DNA of 64,000 nt from an uncultured Gammaproteobacteria bacterium. Lineage in GTDB: Bacteria; Patescibacteriota; Patescibacteriia; Patescibacteriales; UBA12465. The DNA is taken from assembly GCA_964616855.1 (NCBI GenBank), contig CAZTUJ010000002.1, positions 10,196 through 74,195 on the forward strand. Reading direction: 5' to 3'. Below the pieces are notes generated by a model that was given only the letters and a program-made list of their open reading frames with translations, had not been told where the DNA came from and ran no database searches. Position 1 is the first letter of the stretch, and every line of letters begins with the position of its first letter. Below, one piece after another: positions 53,234 to 62,408 of the stretch. The position numbers were made by a program, and so were the translations under genes.

Positions 53234-55462
53234 TTAAGCTTTGTAGCCACAGCCTTTATCGCTGCAAACGATCTCGCCATCTTTGTTATTTACCAAGAGT
53301 GAGTCGCAGTCGGGGCATTTTTCTCCAGTCGGTTGACCCCAATAAGCATTTTTACAATCGGGGTAGTTATTACAAGCGTAAAAGGCGCCGCGCTTGCTGA
53401 ATTTTTTAACAATCTTGCCGATTTTGCAGGCAGGGCAGACAATTTCTTTGCCTTCACTTTTGCCATCGCTGATGTTTTTAATGTTTTTACATTTGGGATA
53501 GGCGCCACAAGCCAAGAAGGGGCCATATTTCCCAGAACGGACCTTCATTTCGGCGCCACATTTATCACAGGCAACGCCTTGATATTTTTCTTGCAGGGCG
53601 GCTAGGGCAGGGTCGTCTTTTTTTTCACTAGTGGCACCGCCACCAAGCTTTTTAATGTTACGGCAATCAGGAAAACCGCTACAAGCTAAAAATTTACCAT
53701 AGCGTCCGGTTTTAATAATCATAGGCGCTCCACATTTGTCGCAAATTTCTTGGGATTGTTCTTCGGGCATAATGTCGCTTTTTTTAATATCTTCGTATTT
53801 TTTTTCTAAATTGCTATGAAAGTCTTCGTAAAAATCGGCGATTACCGGCTGCCAGGGTTTACTGCCTTCGGCGACTGCGTCCAGATTGTTTTCCATGTCG
53901 GCCGTAAAGTTATAGTCTACAATCTTGGGAAAATGTTCAACTAGTAAATCATTAACGACGAAGGCAATGGGGGTGGGCTGGAGGCGCTTGTCTTCATTAC
54001 GCTCTACATAGTTGCGGACAATAATGGTGTTAATGGTAGGAGCATAGGTAGAAGGACGACCAATACCGTATTTTTCTAAGTCTTTAACGAGACTGGCGTC
54101 ACTGTAGCGGGCGGCGGGTTTGGTGGCGTGCTGCTCGGTTTCTATTTTTTTAAGCTCAACCTTATCTGCTTCTTTTAGGGCGGGTAATTCTTGCTCTGCG
54201 GTTTTTTCGGGATATATTTTTAGATAGGCATCAAAAAGTAATATTTGTCCCGAGGCGCGGAAGATATGTTTTTGACCATTATGGCAGAGGGCTTCGGTAT
54301 CGATGGTAGTAGCACTGAATTTAGCGGCCGGCATTTGCGTGGCTAGACTTCTTTGCCAGATTAGTTTGTAGAGGCGATAAGCGTTCCGGTCTAATTTTTC
54401 TTTAAGATCGTCAGGATGGCGATCGGCCACTGTTGGGCGGATAGCTTCATGGGCTTCCTGGGCATTTTTCCCTTTAGTCTTAAAGACTCGCGGCGATTCT
54501 AAAATATAATCTTTTCCTAGAGTTTTATTGAGATATTCTTTGGCGTCGATTAAGAATTGGGCGGAGAGATTCAGAGAGTCAGTACGCATGTAAGTAATGA
54601 AACCTTGTTCATATAACTTTTGGGCGACCGTCATTGTCTGCTTAGCGCTGAAACCAAGGTGACGATTAGCGCCTTGCTGTAAGGTGGAGGTGGTAAAAGG
54701 CGCTCCTGGGTTTTTGCTGACTGTTTTTTGTTCAATTTTAATTATCGTCCAAGTGGCGTCGCTACTTTCTTCTTTTACTTTTGTGGCCAGGTCAGCGTCG
54801 ATATCTAATTTATCAAAAGTTTTTCCATTAAGACGGAAAAGATTGGCGGCGTAGGCGATGCTGTTTGTGCCTCCTTGTAGTTGCGCGGTGATAGTCCAGT
54901 ATTCTTGAGATTTAAAAGCTTGAATTTCTCTTTCTCTTTCCACAATTAAGCGGATAGCGACGCTTTGAACGCGCCCAGCTGATAAACCCTTCGCTACCTT
55001 TTTCCAAAGGAAGGGAGAAAGCTCATAACCGACGAGGCGATCAAGAACGCGGCGCGCTTGTTGGGCGTCTACTAAATCTTGATTGATGTGGCGCGGATGC
55101 TCTAAAGCTTCTAAAATTGCATTTTTGGTAATTTCATGGAAGACTATCCGCTGAGTTTTGCTGGCATCTAGTTTTAGTACTTGGGCCAGGTGCCAGGCAA
55201 TGGCCTCTCCTTCGCGGTCTTCGTCGGAGGCGAGAATAATAGCGCTAGCTTTAGCGGCCGCTGCCTTTAAGGTACTTACAGTTTTTTTGGCCTTTAGAGG
55301 GGTGACATATTTAGGGGTAAAATTGTTGGCGATATCGATACCCATCTCTCGAGCCGGTAAGTCGCGCACATGGCCAAAAGAAGAATCTACGCGATAATCT
55401 TTATTTAAAAACTTACTAATAGTTTTAGCTTTGGTGGGTGATTCAACAATGATGAGTTTCAT
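53234..55462 (-). CDS. topA: DNA topoisomerase I with C-terminal zinc-ribbon repeats
   Basis: Toprim start MKLIIVESPTKAKTI, the catalytic GFITYMRTDS region and several CxxC...CxxC repeats. Confidence 0.9.
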   Translation of the reverse strand: MKLIIVESPTKAKTISKFLNKDYRVDSSFGHVRDLPAREMGIDIANNFTPKYVTPLKAKKTVSTLKAAAAKASAIILASDEDREGEAIAWHLAQVLKLDASKTQRIVFHEITKNAILEALEHPRHINQDLVDAQQARRVLDRLVGYELSPFLWKKVAKGLSAGRVQSVAIRLIVEREREIQAFKSQEYWTITAQLQGGTNSIAYAANLFRLNGKTFDKLDIDADLATKVKEESSDATWTIIKIEQKTVSKNPGAPFTTSTLQQGANRHLGFSAKQTMTVAQKLYEQGFITYMRTDSLNLSAQFLIDAKEYLNKTLGKDYILESPRVFKTKGKNAQEAHEAIRPTVADRHPDDLKEKLDRNAYRLYKLIWQRSLATQMPAAKFSATTIDTEALCHNGQKHIFRASGQILLFDAYLKIYPEKTAEQELPALKEADKVELKKIETEQHATKPAARYSDASLVKDLEKYGIGRPSTYAPTINTIIVRNYVERNEDKRLQPTPIAFVVNDLLVEHFPKIVDYNFTADMENNLDAVAEGSKPWQPVIADFYEDFHSNLEKKYEDIKKSDIMPEEQSQEICDKCGAPMIIKTGRYGKFLACSGFPDCRNIKKLGGGATSEKKDDPALAALQEKYQGVACDKCGAEMKVRSGKYGPFLACGAYPKCKNIKNISDGKSEGKEIVCPACKIGKIVKKFSKRGAFYACNNYPDCKNAYWGQPTGEKCPDCDSLLVNNKDGEIVCSDKGCGYKA

Positions 55463-55502
55463 AATTTGTCTCTTTATCGCTTTTTTGTTTTCTAATATAC
55501 TT

Positions 55503-55530
55503 AGTGTACTATTTACGGGGCTGGTGTCAA
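55503..55530 (-). promoter_or_regulatory. Sigma70-like promoter of topA
   Basis: On the minus strand: TTGACA, 16-nt spacer, TACACT. Confidence 0.45.
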
Positions 55531-55565
55531 GCTATTGGCAGATAGAGCTTTTTCTTGCCTTGTGA

Positions 55566-56447
55566 TTACAGCTTTATCGGAAAATTTTTAATATTGTTGA
55601 TTGGTTGAGCTCCTTCTTGGATGAGAACACGACAGCCGGCCGTTTGAGGAGTTAAGCTTTTACCGGGCGCAGCATATAATTCTTTGCCTAATTTTTGCGC
55701 CCAGCGAGCGGTACGCATTGAGCCGGAATCAAGTTTTGCTTCTAATACCAAGACTTTTTCGGCTATGGCCGCTATTAGGCGGTTACGTTGAATAAAGTTA
55801 GCGGCCAGAGGGCGAGCTGAAGGTGGATATTCAGATAAGATTAAACCCCCTTGTTGGATGATGGCAGTAACTAAATTTCTGTTAGCGTTTGGGTAGATAT
55901 AATCTAGGCCTGACCCTAATATTGCCAGGTTATAAGCATTATGTTCAAGACTAAGGCGATGGGCGAGAGCGTCTATTCCTAGGGCTAAACCGCTAGCCAA
56001 CCCGTAGCCTTGTTGGACAAGGAGCGGTATTAATTTTTTAGTGAGAGTTAGGCCGTAGGAACTTGGTTGGCGTGACCCAGTGACACTGATAATTTTTATA
56101 TCCTTTTGCCACTTACCCCGAGCATAGAGCAGTAGCGGGGCGTCGGCAAGTTGATGAAAGGTCTTGGGATAGTTAGGGTTTTGCTGACTGATTAGAAAGG
56201 TGCGGCTGACGTCGAGATATTTTTGGAGTTTAGGCGGAGAAAATAGTTTTTTCTTTTCTTGCCAGATTGCTTGTATTTTTAAAGATATCCCGGCCTCTTG
56301 CCATAGTTCTGTCTTTGCCCGCCAGACCTCTTCCCAGGAGCCGCTGAGGCCCCTGAGAGTGTTTAGTCTTTTCGGTCCCAGACCGGGTAAAGCGCTTAAA
56401 GCTGCTAAGAATAGTTCTTCAGTTTGGCGATAATAAGGCCTTGACAT
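55566..56447 (-). CDS. dprA: DNA processing protein DprA (Smf)
   Basis: Rossmann-like core VTGSRQPSSYG...GLALGIDALAH. The conserved dprA-topA order is present. Confidence 0.85.
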   Translation of the reverse strand: MSRPYYRQTEELFLAALSALPGLGPKRLNTLRGLSGSWEEVWRAKTELWQEAGISLKIQAIWQEKKKLFSPPKLQKYLDVSRTFLISQQNPNYPKTFHQLADAPLLLYARGKWQKDIKIISVTGSRQPSSYGLTLTKKLIPLLVQQGYGLASGLALGIDALAHRLSLEHNAYNLAILGSGLDYIYPNANRNLVTAIIQQGGLILSEYPPSARPLAANFIQRNRLIAAIAEKVLVLEAKLDSGSMRTARWAQKLGKELYAAPGKSLTPQTAGCRVLIQEGAQPINNIKNFPIKL

Positions 56448-56478
56448 AAGGGATATTTTTGTTTAAGCTAAAGAGTCA

Positions 56479-56582
56479 AAAACCCCCTTGATTGCTTGTA
56501 CAAGTGCTTTAGCGCGCGTTCACTTTCCTCCTAGTGAGTGCGTGCTTACCAAGCTTTTTGTATAAGCAATCAAGGGGGTTTT
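56479..56582. repeat. Long near-perfect inverted repeat forming a ~105-nt hairpin
   Basis: Outer arms 56479-56504/56557-56582 form about 26 bp with one G.U. The inner stem is 56512-56524/56533-56545. The apical loop 56525-56532 is TTCCTCCT (minus strand AGGAGGAA). T-runs are present on both strands. Confidence 0.7.
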
Positions 56583-56594
56583 ATTGTAGAAAAA

Positions 56595-57161
56595 CTATTT
56601 ATTTTGATGAGTTTCTGTCACCAAGGCTTGCAAGCCGGCGCTCATCGCTTCTTCTAATATTTCTAGTTCGTCTTTTTCAAATCTTTGTAAAACAAATTTA
56701 TCAGCTGGGATAGGGTTATGGAGAGCTTCGGTTTTGATGCCGAGACGCAGACGGGTAAATTGTTGAGTCTTCAGACGATTAATAATCGATTGAATGCCTT
56801 TATTACCACCACTGCGGGAATCATGGCTGATTTTCCACGAACCTAATTTTAAATCTAAATCATCTTGAATAACAAAAAGAATTTCATTTAAATTTTGATC
56901 CTTTTTTAAGAGACAGCCGAATTGCCGGGCCAGTAGTTGATAGTAGCGGAGAGCACTATAGACGCTATCACCAGAATTATTCATAAAACTCAATGGCTTC
57001 AGATATAAAAAACCGCCGCTCTCTTTAATTAAGGCGTTGAATTTTTTTTCTTGGCGCCAGCCTTCAGCTCCAGCTAGGCGGTCTAAGGCGAGCCAGCCGG
57101 TGTTATGTCGCGTTAAGGCGTATTTGTCGCCGGGATTACCCAGGCCGATAATTATTTGCAT
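56595..57161 (-). CDS. pth: Peptidyl-tRNA hydrolase
   Basis: MQIIIGLGNPG...YALTRHNTG start. ATG at 57161. Confidence 0.9.
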   Translation of the reverse strand: MQIIIGLGNPGDKYALTRHNTGWLALDRLAGAEGWRQEKKFNALIKESGGFLYLKPLSFMNNSGDSVYSALRYYQLLARQFGCLLKKDQNLNEILFVIQDDLDLKLGSWKISHDSRSGGNKGIQSIINRLKTQQFTRLRLGIKTEALHNPIPADKFVLQRFEKDELEILEEAMSAGLQALVTETHQNK

Positions 57162-57226
57162 AAAGTCTTGGTGTAAGCAATTTATATTATAGCGCATTCA
57201 GGCTTAAAAGACGATAAAATAAAAAT

Positions 57227-57248
57227 AAATCCGCCATTAAGCGGGTTT
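57227..57248 (-). terminator. Rho-independent terminator of der
   Basis: aaatccgc/gcgggttt stem followed by a T-rich run on the minus strand. Confidence 0.5.
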
Positions 57249-57260
57249 ATTTTTTTATTT

Positions 57261-58652
57261 CTAAGTTTCGCGAACGCCGTGCTTTTTCTTATTCTTGATC
57301 ACATGCATGCGGACGGGTGTACCGATGAAGTCGTATTGTTCGCGCAGTCTATTTTCTAAAAAGCGGACATAGGAGAAGTGTAAATCGTCGCGGGAGCCGA
57401 TGCGGACGGTGAAAGCCGGGGGGTTGTATCGTTTCTGCGCAATCTCATAAATATGAGGCGCTTTAAGACCTTTGCCCTTGGCAGGAAGATGGACTTTCAC
57501 TACGCGACTCAAAAATTTCTTTAATTGAGTTTCGCTGATTTCTGTTTTCCTGGCGGCCGCTACTTCTAGGGCAACGTCTAATATTTTATTTACTTTTGCA
57601 CCTGTTTTTGCGGAGACAAAAATAATTGGCGCCCAAGTCGCAAAAGGAAGTTTTCCTTGGACAGTTTCTTGCCAGTGTTTCTGATCCTTTACTTCAATCT
57701 TATCCCACTTATTAGCAATGATAATTAAGCTTTTATGTCTCTCCACAATCTCTTCTACCATTTTAGCATCTTGATGGGTGAGGCCTTCACTAATATCTAA
57801 AACGAGTAAGGCAATATCTGCTCTTTGCAGAGATTGTAGAGACATGGCGATGCCTTCTTTTTCTAAGCCCTTGCCTTTGTGTCCATGTCGAGAAATGCCG
57901 GCGGTATCAATGAGGCGGATAATTTTATCTTTATGTTCTAATTCCGTGTCTTGTGATTCGCGGGTAGTGTGCGGCTGATCGCTAACAATAACGCGTTGGT
58001 AGCCTAGGAGTGAGTTGAGCAGGGAGGATTTACCGACATTAGGTTTGCCGACGATGCATAAGCGGGCGGCAATTTCTTTATTATCTTCCGCGTCATCATC
58101 AAGGGCGGCTTGAATCTTAGCGAGGACAACATCAAGGAGATCGCCGGTGCCAGCGCCAGTTTGAGCCGATAGGGTTAAAGGTTCTCCTAGTCCGAGTTTG
58201 TTAAAGGCTAGTGCTTCTGTACGCCATTTGCCACTGTCGATTTTGTTAACTACTAGTAAGGTTTTTTTAGAATAATCAGGATGCTGGCGGAGCGCTTTGG
58301 CGAGAGTCCGGTCTTCGGTCGTGAGGCCGGCCTTACCATCAACAATGAAGAGTAGTAATTTAGCTTCGGAGAGGTAGTTTAAAGCTTGTTGTTGAGACAT
58401 TGAGTCGATGTCGGGCGTAATTTTTTTGCGGCCATTAATAAAGCCAGCATCAATTAAGCCGGCAGTATCGACTAAGCGGAAAATTTTCCGGTTCCAGCGC
58501 ACTAGACCGAGGTTACAATCGCGAGTCGTGCCCTCGATATCAGAAACTAAAGCCTGGCGTTTTTCAATGAGGCGGTTAAATAGCGTTGATTTACCGACAT
58601 TGGTACGTCCGCAAATCGCGACGATGGGCAAGTTGTCTTCATGTTTTTTCAT
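57261..58652 (-). CDS. der: Ribosome-associated GTPase Der (EngA), two G domains + KH-like domain
   Basis: GRTNVGKSTLFN and GKPNVGKSSLLN P-loops. Confidence 0.9.
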   Translation of the reverse strand: MKKHEDNLPIVAICGRTNVGKSTLFNRLIEKRQALVSDIEGTTRDCNLGLVRWNRKIFRLVDTAGLIDAGFINGRKKITPDIDSMSQQQALNYLSEAKLLLFIVDGKAGLTTEDRTLAKALRQHPDYSKKTLLVVNKIDSGKWRTEALAFNKLGLGEPLTLSAQTGAGTGDLLDVVLAKIQAALDDDAEDNKEIAARLCIVGKPNVGKSSLLNSLLGYQRVIVSDQPHTTRESQDTELEHKDKIIRLIDTAGISRHGHKGKGLEKEGIAMSLQSLQRADIALLVLDISEGLTHQDAKMVEEIVERHKSLIIIANKWDKIEVKDQKHWQETVQGKLPFATWAPIIFVSAKTGAKVNKILDVALEVAAARKTEISETQLKKFLSRVVKVHLPAKGKGLKAPHIYEIAQKRYNPPAFTVRIGSRDDLHFSYVRFLENRLREQYDFIGTPVRMHVIKNKKKHGVRET

Positions 58653-58662
58653 GGCTTTATTT

Positions 58663-60186
58663 TTAATTATTTTCTTGGCCGGTGATTAGAATAAAATCCG
58701 GACGGTCAGAACTGTTCTTGTAGGTTTCTAACCAAGAGGGAGCGTCATAGGCGAGGCTGGCTTTAGCGGCGGCTTTGAGCACTTCTAAGGCTTGTAGTTC
58801 CTTACCGTAACTTAAATCATAAATAATAGCAGCTTCGTATTCGCGCGTGGGAGCATTGGCTGTTTCCACAATGCGGAAGCCATATTGTTGGAGGGTGCCC
58901 GCCGTTTTAGCGGCTAAACCACTAATCCAGGTGCCGTTGAGTACGGCGACCTTCACTTCGCCTTCAATTTTTTCAATTTTTATATCTTCCTTTTGTTTCT
59001 CTTCCTCTTCATTTTTTTTAGTGGTAGGCTGATCGTTTTTTTCAGTATTAGTTGAAAGATTATTATTTTCACTGACGCCGAAAATATTTTGAACCATATT
59101 CTTTATTTCTTGAAAGTTGCCGGTTTGTGGAATGAGAATATAAGCACCTTCATCGCCGCGACTAGACATTAATAACCCATCGGGGCCGTCGCTCAGAACC
59201 TTATTAATAATCTGACTACGATCAATATCTTTATAGTCGTTCCACAGTTTAATCATTTCCCAAACATCAAGATTAGTTTTAATGTTGCGGTTTAATTCCG
59301 AGATAATGCGGCTGACCATTCCTGGTTTTAAGAGAGTGTTGCGGGATAATAGTTTTGCTTTCACTGCTTCTAGAATTAATTGTTGACGGCGAGCACGGGC
59401 AAAGTCGGAGCCTTCAGCGCCGCCAGCGTGGCGGCTGCGAGCGTATTTTAGTGCCAGTGATCCATCCATGTGCTGCTGTCCCTGTTCAATATGTAGGTGT
59501 TCATAGCGGGCATAATAATCAGGGTTGTCTTCCTGCCCACGGATGGGATAGCTATAATCGTCTAAGGTATTTTCGACATTGACATCTACTCCACCCAGTT
59601 CATCAATAATTTTTACAAAACCATCAAAATCAATGCGCAGGTAATAATTTATTTCCGTGCCTAAAATAGAGCTTAGGGCGGTAGTCATGGCCGGACCGCC
59701 GCTATTTTCTTCTTTAGCTTCAGCAAGAGCGTGAATAGAATTAACTTTGCGCCAGGAGCCGTTTTCAGTAGGAGCAGTTAAGTCGCGAGGAATAGAAATC
59801 ATGGCCGCTTGTTTAGTGGAAGGTTTTAAGCTGACCAACATGATGGTGTCAGCTAGATAGCCGCCTTCATGATTGGCCCCGCCCATACCTAAAAGCAGAA
59901 TGTTAACGCGGTCTTCATCTTCTCCTTGGAGGGTATTGTCGCCATTTTCAGTCAGGTGGGTCACTCTCCCCCAGAAAGTATTATTTACTAACCATTGATT
60001 AGCACTTTGGCTGGACATGATTACTTTTCCAGAAAAAACTAAGGCTAAAACAACTAAAGTAATGAAATAATTTTTGGCCTTGCGGCGCTTCTTAATGGCG
60101 GCTAATATTTTTTCTTCTTCTGCTTGTTTGGCTAGGGTTTGACTTTCTTGGTCTGTTTCTTCTAATTTTTGCTTAAAATCAATCAT
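58663..60186 (-). CDS. LytR-CpsA-Psr (LCP) family protein with C-terminal LytR_C-like domain
   Basis: TM, then VNILLLGMGG...ADTIMLVSL...ISIPRDL. ATG at 60186. Confidence 0.8.
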   Translation of the reverse strand: MIDFKQKLEETDQESQTLAKQAEEEKILAAIKKRRKAKNYFITLVVLALVFSGKVIMSSQSANQWLVNNTFWGRVTHLTENGDNTLQGEDEDRVNILLLGMGGANHEGGYLADTIMLVSLKPSTKQAAMISIPRDLTAPTENGSWRKVNSIHALAEAKEENSGGPAMTTALSSILGTEINYYLRIDFDGFVKIIDELGGVDVNVENTLDDYSYPIRGQEDNPDYYARYEHLHIEQGQQHMDGSLALKYARSRHAGGAEGSDFARARRQQLILEAVKAKLLSRNTLLKPGMVSRIISELNRNIKTNLDVWEMIKLWNDYKDIDRSQIINKVLSDGPDGLLMSSRGDEGAYILIPQTGNFQEIKNMVQNIFGVSENNNLSTNTEKNDQPTTKKNEEEEKQKEDIKIEKIEGEVKVAVLNGTWISGLAAKTAGTLQQYGFRIVETANAPTREYEAAIIYDLSYGKELQALEVLKAAAKASLAYDAPSWLETYKNSSDRPDFILITGQENN

Positions 60187-60314
60187 AAATATTAAAAAAT
60201 CCAATGACCGGAGGGCCTTGAATAAAACTCATTTTTTCTGCCTTTATTATAGTTATATTTGCCTTTTTTAGCAACCGCACAAAAAAACCGCTTTTTAGGC
60301 GATTTTTTTGATGA

Positions 60315-60389
60315 TGGTCGGGCTGCCCGGAATTGAACCGGGATCACACGCACCCGAAGCGTGTATAATAGCCTTTATACCACAGCCCG
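60315..60389 (-). tRNA. tRNA-Pro (anticodon CGG), CCA encoded
   Basis: Acceptor CGGGCTG/CAGCCCG, anticodon arm CACGC-TTCGGGT-GCGTG, T-arm CCCGGTTCAATTCCGGG, 3' ACCA. Confidence 0.85.
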
Positions 60390-60407
60390 TGGTTTCTGGA
60401 TCAGGGG

Positions 60408-60480
60408 TGGACTTGAGGGGACTCGAACCCCTTACCTCTGCAATGCGAATGCAGCGCTCTACCAGATGAGCTACAAGCCC
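60408..60480 (-). tRNA. tRNA-Ala (anticodon CGC)
   Basis: Acceptor GGGCTTG/CAAGTCC with the G3.U70 identity pair, anticodon arm CTGCA-TTCGCAT-TGCAG. Confidence 0.9.
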
Positions 60481-60494
60481 GGGATGCGAGATTG

Positions 60495-60565
60495 TCGGGG
60501 TGCCGGGAATTGAACCCGGTCTACATGCACCCCATGCATGCGTACTACCGGTATACTACACCCCG
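60495..60565 (-). tRNA. tRNA-Pro (anticodon GGG)
   Basis: Acceptor CGGGGTG/CACCCCG, anticodon arm CATGC-ATGGGGT-GCATG, T-arm CCGGGTTCAATTCCCGG. Confidence 0.85.
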
Positions 60566-60583
60566 AAAAAACACGATAGCAAT

Positions 60584-60612
60584 AGTGTAAAGATATTTTG
60601 GGGAGAAGTCAA
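60584..60612 (-). promoter_or_regulatory. Sigma70-like promoter of the Pro-Ala-Pro tRNA cluster
   Basis: On the minus strand: TTGACT, 17-nt spacer, TACACT, about 18 nt before the first tRNA. Confidence 0.45.
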
Positions 60613-60728
60613 ATTTTTAGGGCAGGGTTAATTTTAATCTCAGATGGCTTTAAATAGAGAAATTATTAGAGATTTTAATCTTATATTAAAGTAATTATTT
60701 TTTTCAAAAAAATTTAGATTTTCGGCTT

Positions 60729-60757
60729 TTGACTTCTTCTTCTGCTTTTGCTATATT
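60729..60757 (+). promoter_or_regulatory. Sigma70-like promoter of the T-box leader
   Basis: TTGACT, 17-nt spacer, then TATATT. Confidence 0.55.
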
Positions 60758-60763
60758 GTCTTT

Positions 60764-61045
60764 ACTTCCTTAATAAACTTAAAATCTAAATTTATGTCCC
60801 GAGGCTTTTGCTTTCGGGGTTGGGCATAAATATTGACCGACAGCGGTCAAAGATGATGGTTGCGCTAGTGACTATCCGGCTTCCTCCGTAATCACAGGAT
60901 AAGTGTTGTCGCCCCCTAAGGGTGGAGACACTAAAGAGGTCTGCTTAATTAAGCGGGCAAGAAAGGTGGCACCGCGGGAAATCCCGTCCTTTCTGCTAAA
61001 TTATTTAATAATGATTTGGCGGCAAAGACGGGATTTTTTATTTAC
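60764..61045 (+). promoter_or_regulatory. T-box riboswitch leader (tRNA-Trp predicted) upstream of trpB-trpS
   Basis: T-box sequence AAAGGTGGCACCGCGGG. The antiterminator is GAAAGG[UGGCACC]GCGGG-AAAU-CCCGU-CCUUUC (60961-60993). The competing terminator is aaatcccgtc(60979-60988)/gacgggattt(61027-61036) plus T6. Confidence 0.8.
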
Positions 61046-61153
61046 CCAAAGCACTAATATGAAATTTTATTTATTCTACAATCGCTCTTCGGAATATTGG
61101 CGCCGCTTCTGACGCGGAGATTTTTATTAATAAAATTATTTAAATTAAAATAT

Positions 61154-62380
61154 ATGAACAACGTTAAATATAAGAATTTACCTGATAATAAAGGCTTTTA
61201 TGGTAATTTTGGGGGTAGATTAGTTCCACCAATGCTAGAAAAAGCTTTGCAGGAAGTGGAAGATGGATTTCGAGAAATAAAAAACGATGCTAGCTTCCAA
61301 GCAGAATATGCGCGTTTGTTAAAAGATTTTGTGGGCCGCCCCTCACCTCTATATCACGCCCGCAATCTTAGCCAGGAGTTAGGTGGCGCCCAAATCTATT
61401 TCAAGCGGGAAGATTTAAATCACACCGGCGCCCATAAAATTAATCATTGTCTCGGTGAAGCTTTGTTAGCTAAGCGTTTAGGTAAGAAAAAAGTGATGGC
61501 AGAGACTGGTGCCGGTCAGCACGGCGTGGCTTTGGCTACAGCCGCTGCTGTTATTGGCTTAGAATGTGAAATTCACATGGGCGAGATTGATATTGCCAAA
61601 CAGGCGGATAATGTTAAACGGATGCGTTTGTTGGGGGCGAAAGTGGTGCCAGTGAGCGCGGGTGGACGCTCTTTGAAAGAAGCGGTTGATAGTGCTTTTG
61701 GAGTCTATCTCCAAGAATATGAAACTACCTTTTTTGCGATTGGTTCCGTGGTCGGCCCCCATCCCTATCCTGAGATGGTTGCCTATTTCCAGAGTATTAT
61801 CGGTCGGGAACTGCGGCAACAAGCGCAAGAGAAACTTGGCCGTCTGCCCGATATTCTTATTGCCTGTGTTGGCGGCGGTTCTAATGCACTCGGTCTCTTT
61901 CATGATTTTTTGGATGAAGATTCGGTGCGCTTAATTGGCGTTGAACCGAGCGGAAAGGGTTTGGAGAGCGGTCAGCACGCCGCTACTTTGACTTTAGGCA
62001 AGCCAGGAGCGATTCACGGCATGCAGACTTACGTCCTGCAGACAGAGGCGGGCGAACCAGCGCCAGTACATTCCATTGCCTCAGGTCTAGACTATCCTGG
62101 TATTGGTCCCGCTCATGCTTTTTTCAAAGAAAGCGGTCGGGTTGAATATGTGAGTGCAGATGATAGGGAAGCGGCTAGCGCTTTTGTGCGCACCAGCCAG
62201 CGCGAAGGTATTGTTCCCGCTCTGGAAAGTTCCCATGCTTTAGCTCATGCCTATCGCCTAGCTTCGACTTTAAAGCCCGAACAGGTGATAGTGGTTAATA
62301 TGTCCGGCCGGGGCGATAAAGATATTGACTTTGTGGCCCAAGAATTTCCGGAAATTGCTTTTGATTCGGGATTAAAGTAA
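61154..62380 (+). CDS. trpB: Tryptophan synthase beta chain (no adjacent trpA)
   Basis: HTGAHKINH (PLP lysine), ETGAGQHG and GGGSNA motifs. ATG at 61154; the track TTG 61097 extension is unsupported. Confidence 0.9.
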   Translation: MNNVKYKNLPDNKGFYGNFGGRLVPPMLEKALQEVEDGFREIKNDASFQAEYARLLKDFVGRPSPLYHARNLSQELGGAQIYFKREDLNHTGAHKINHCLGEALLAKRLGKKKVMAETGAGQHGVALATAAAVIGLECEIHMGEIDIAKQADNVKRMRLLGAKVVPVSAGGRSLKEAVDSAFGVYLQEYETTFFAIGSVVGPHPYPEMVAYFQSIIGRELRQQAQEKLGRLPDILIACVGGGSNALGLFHDFLDEDSVRLIGVEPSGKGLESGQHAATLTLGKPGAIHGMQTYVLQTEAGEPAPVHSIASGLDYPGIGPAHAFFKESGRVEYVSADDREAASAFVRTSQREGIVPALESSHALAHAYRLASTLKPEQVIVVNMSGRGDKDIDFVAQEFPEIAFDSGLK

Positions 62381-62408
62381 AATATTAGTAAGTATTAATC
62401 TTATCCTT

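Noticed and set aside
61099-61125. A second weak hairpin plus T-run between the T-box terminator and the trpB start, considered as a possible tandem riboswitch or second terminator.
   Set aside because: It has only a 4-bp stem (ccgc/gcgg) with no supporting conserved motif, which is too weak to call.
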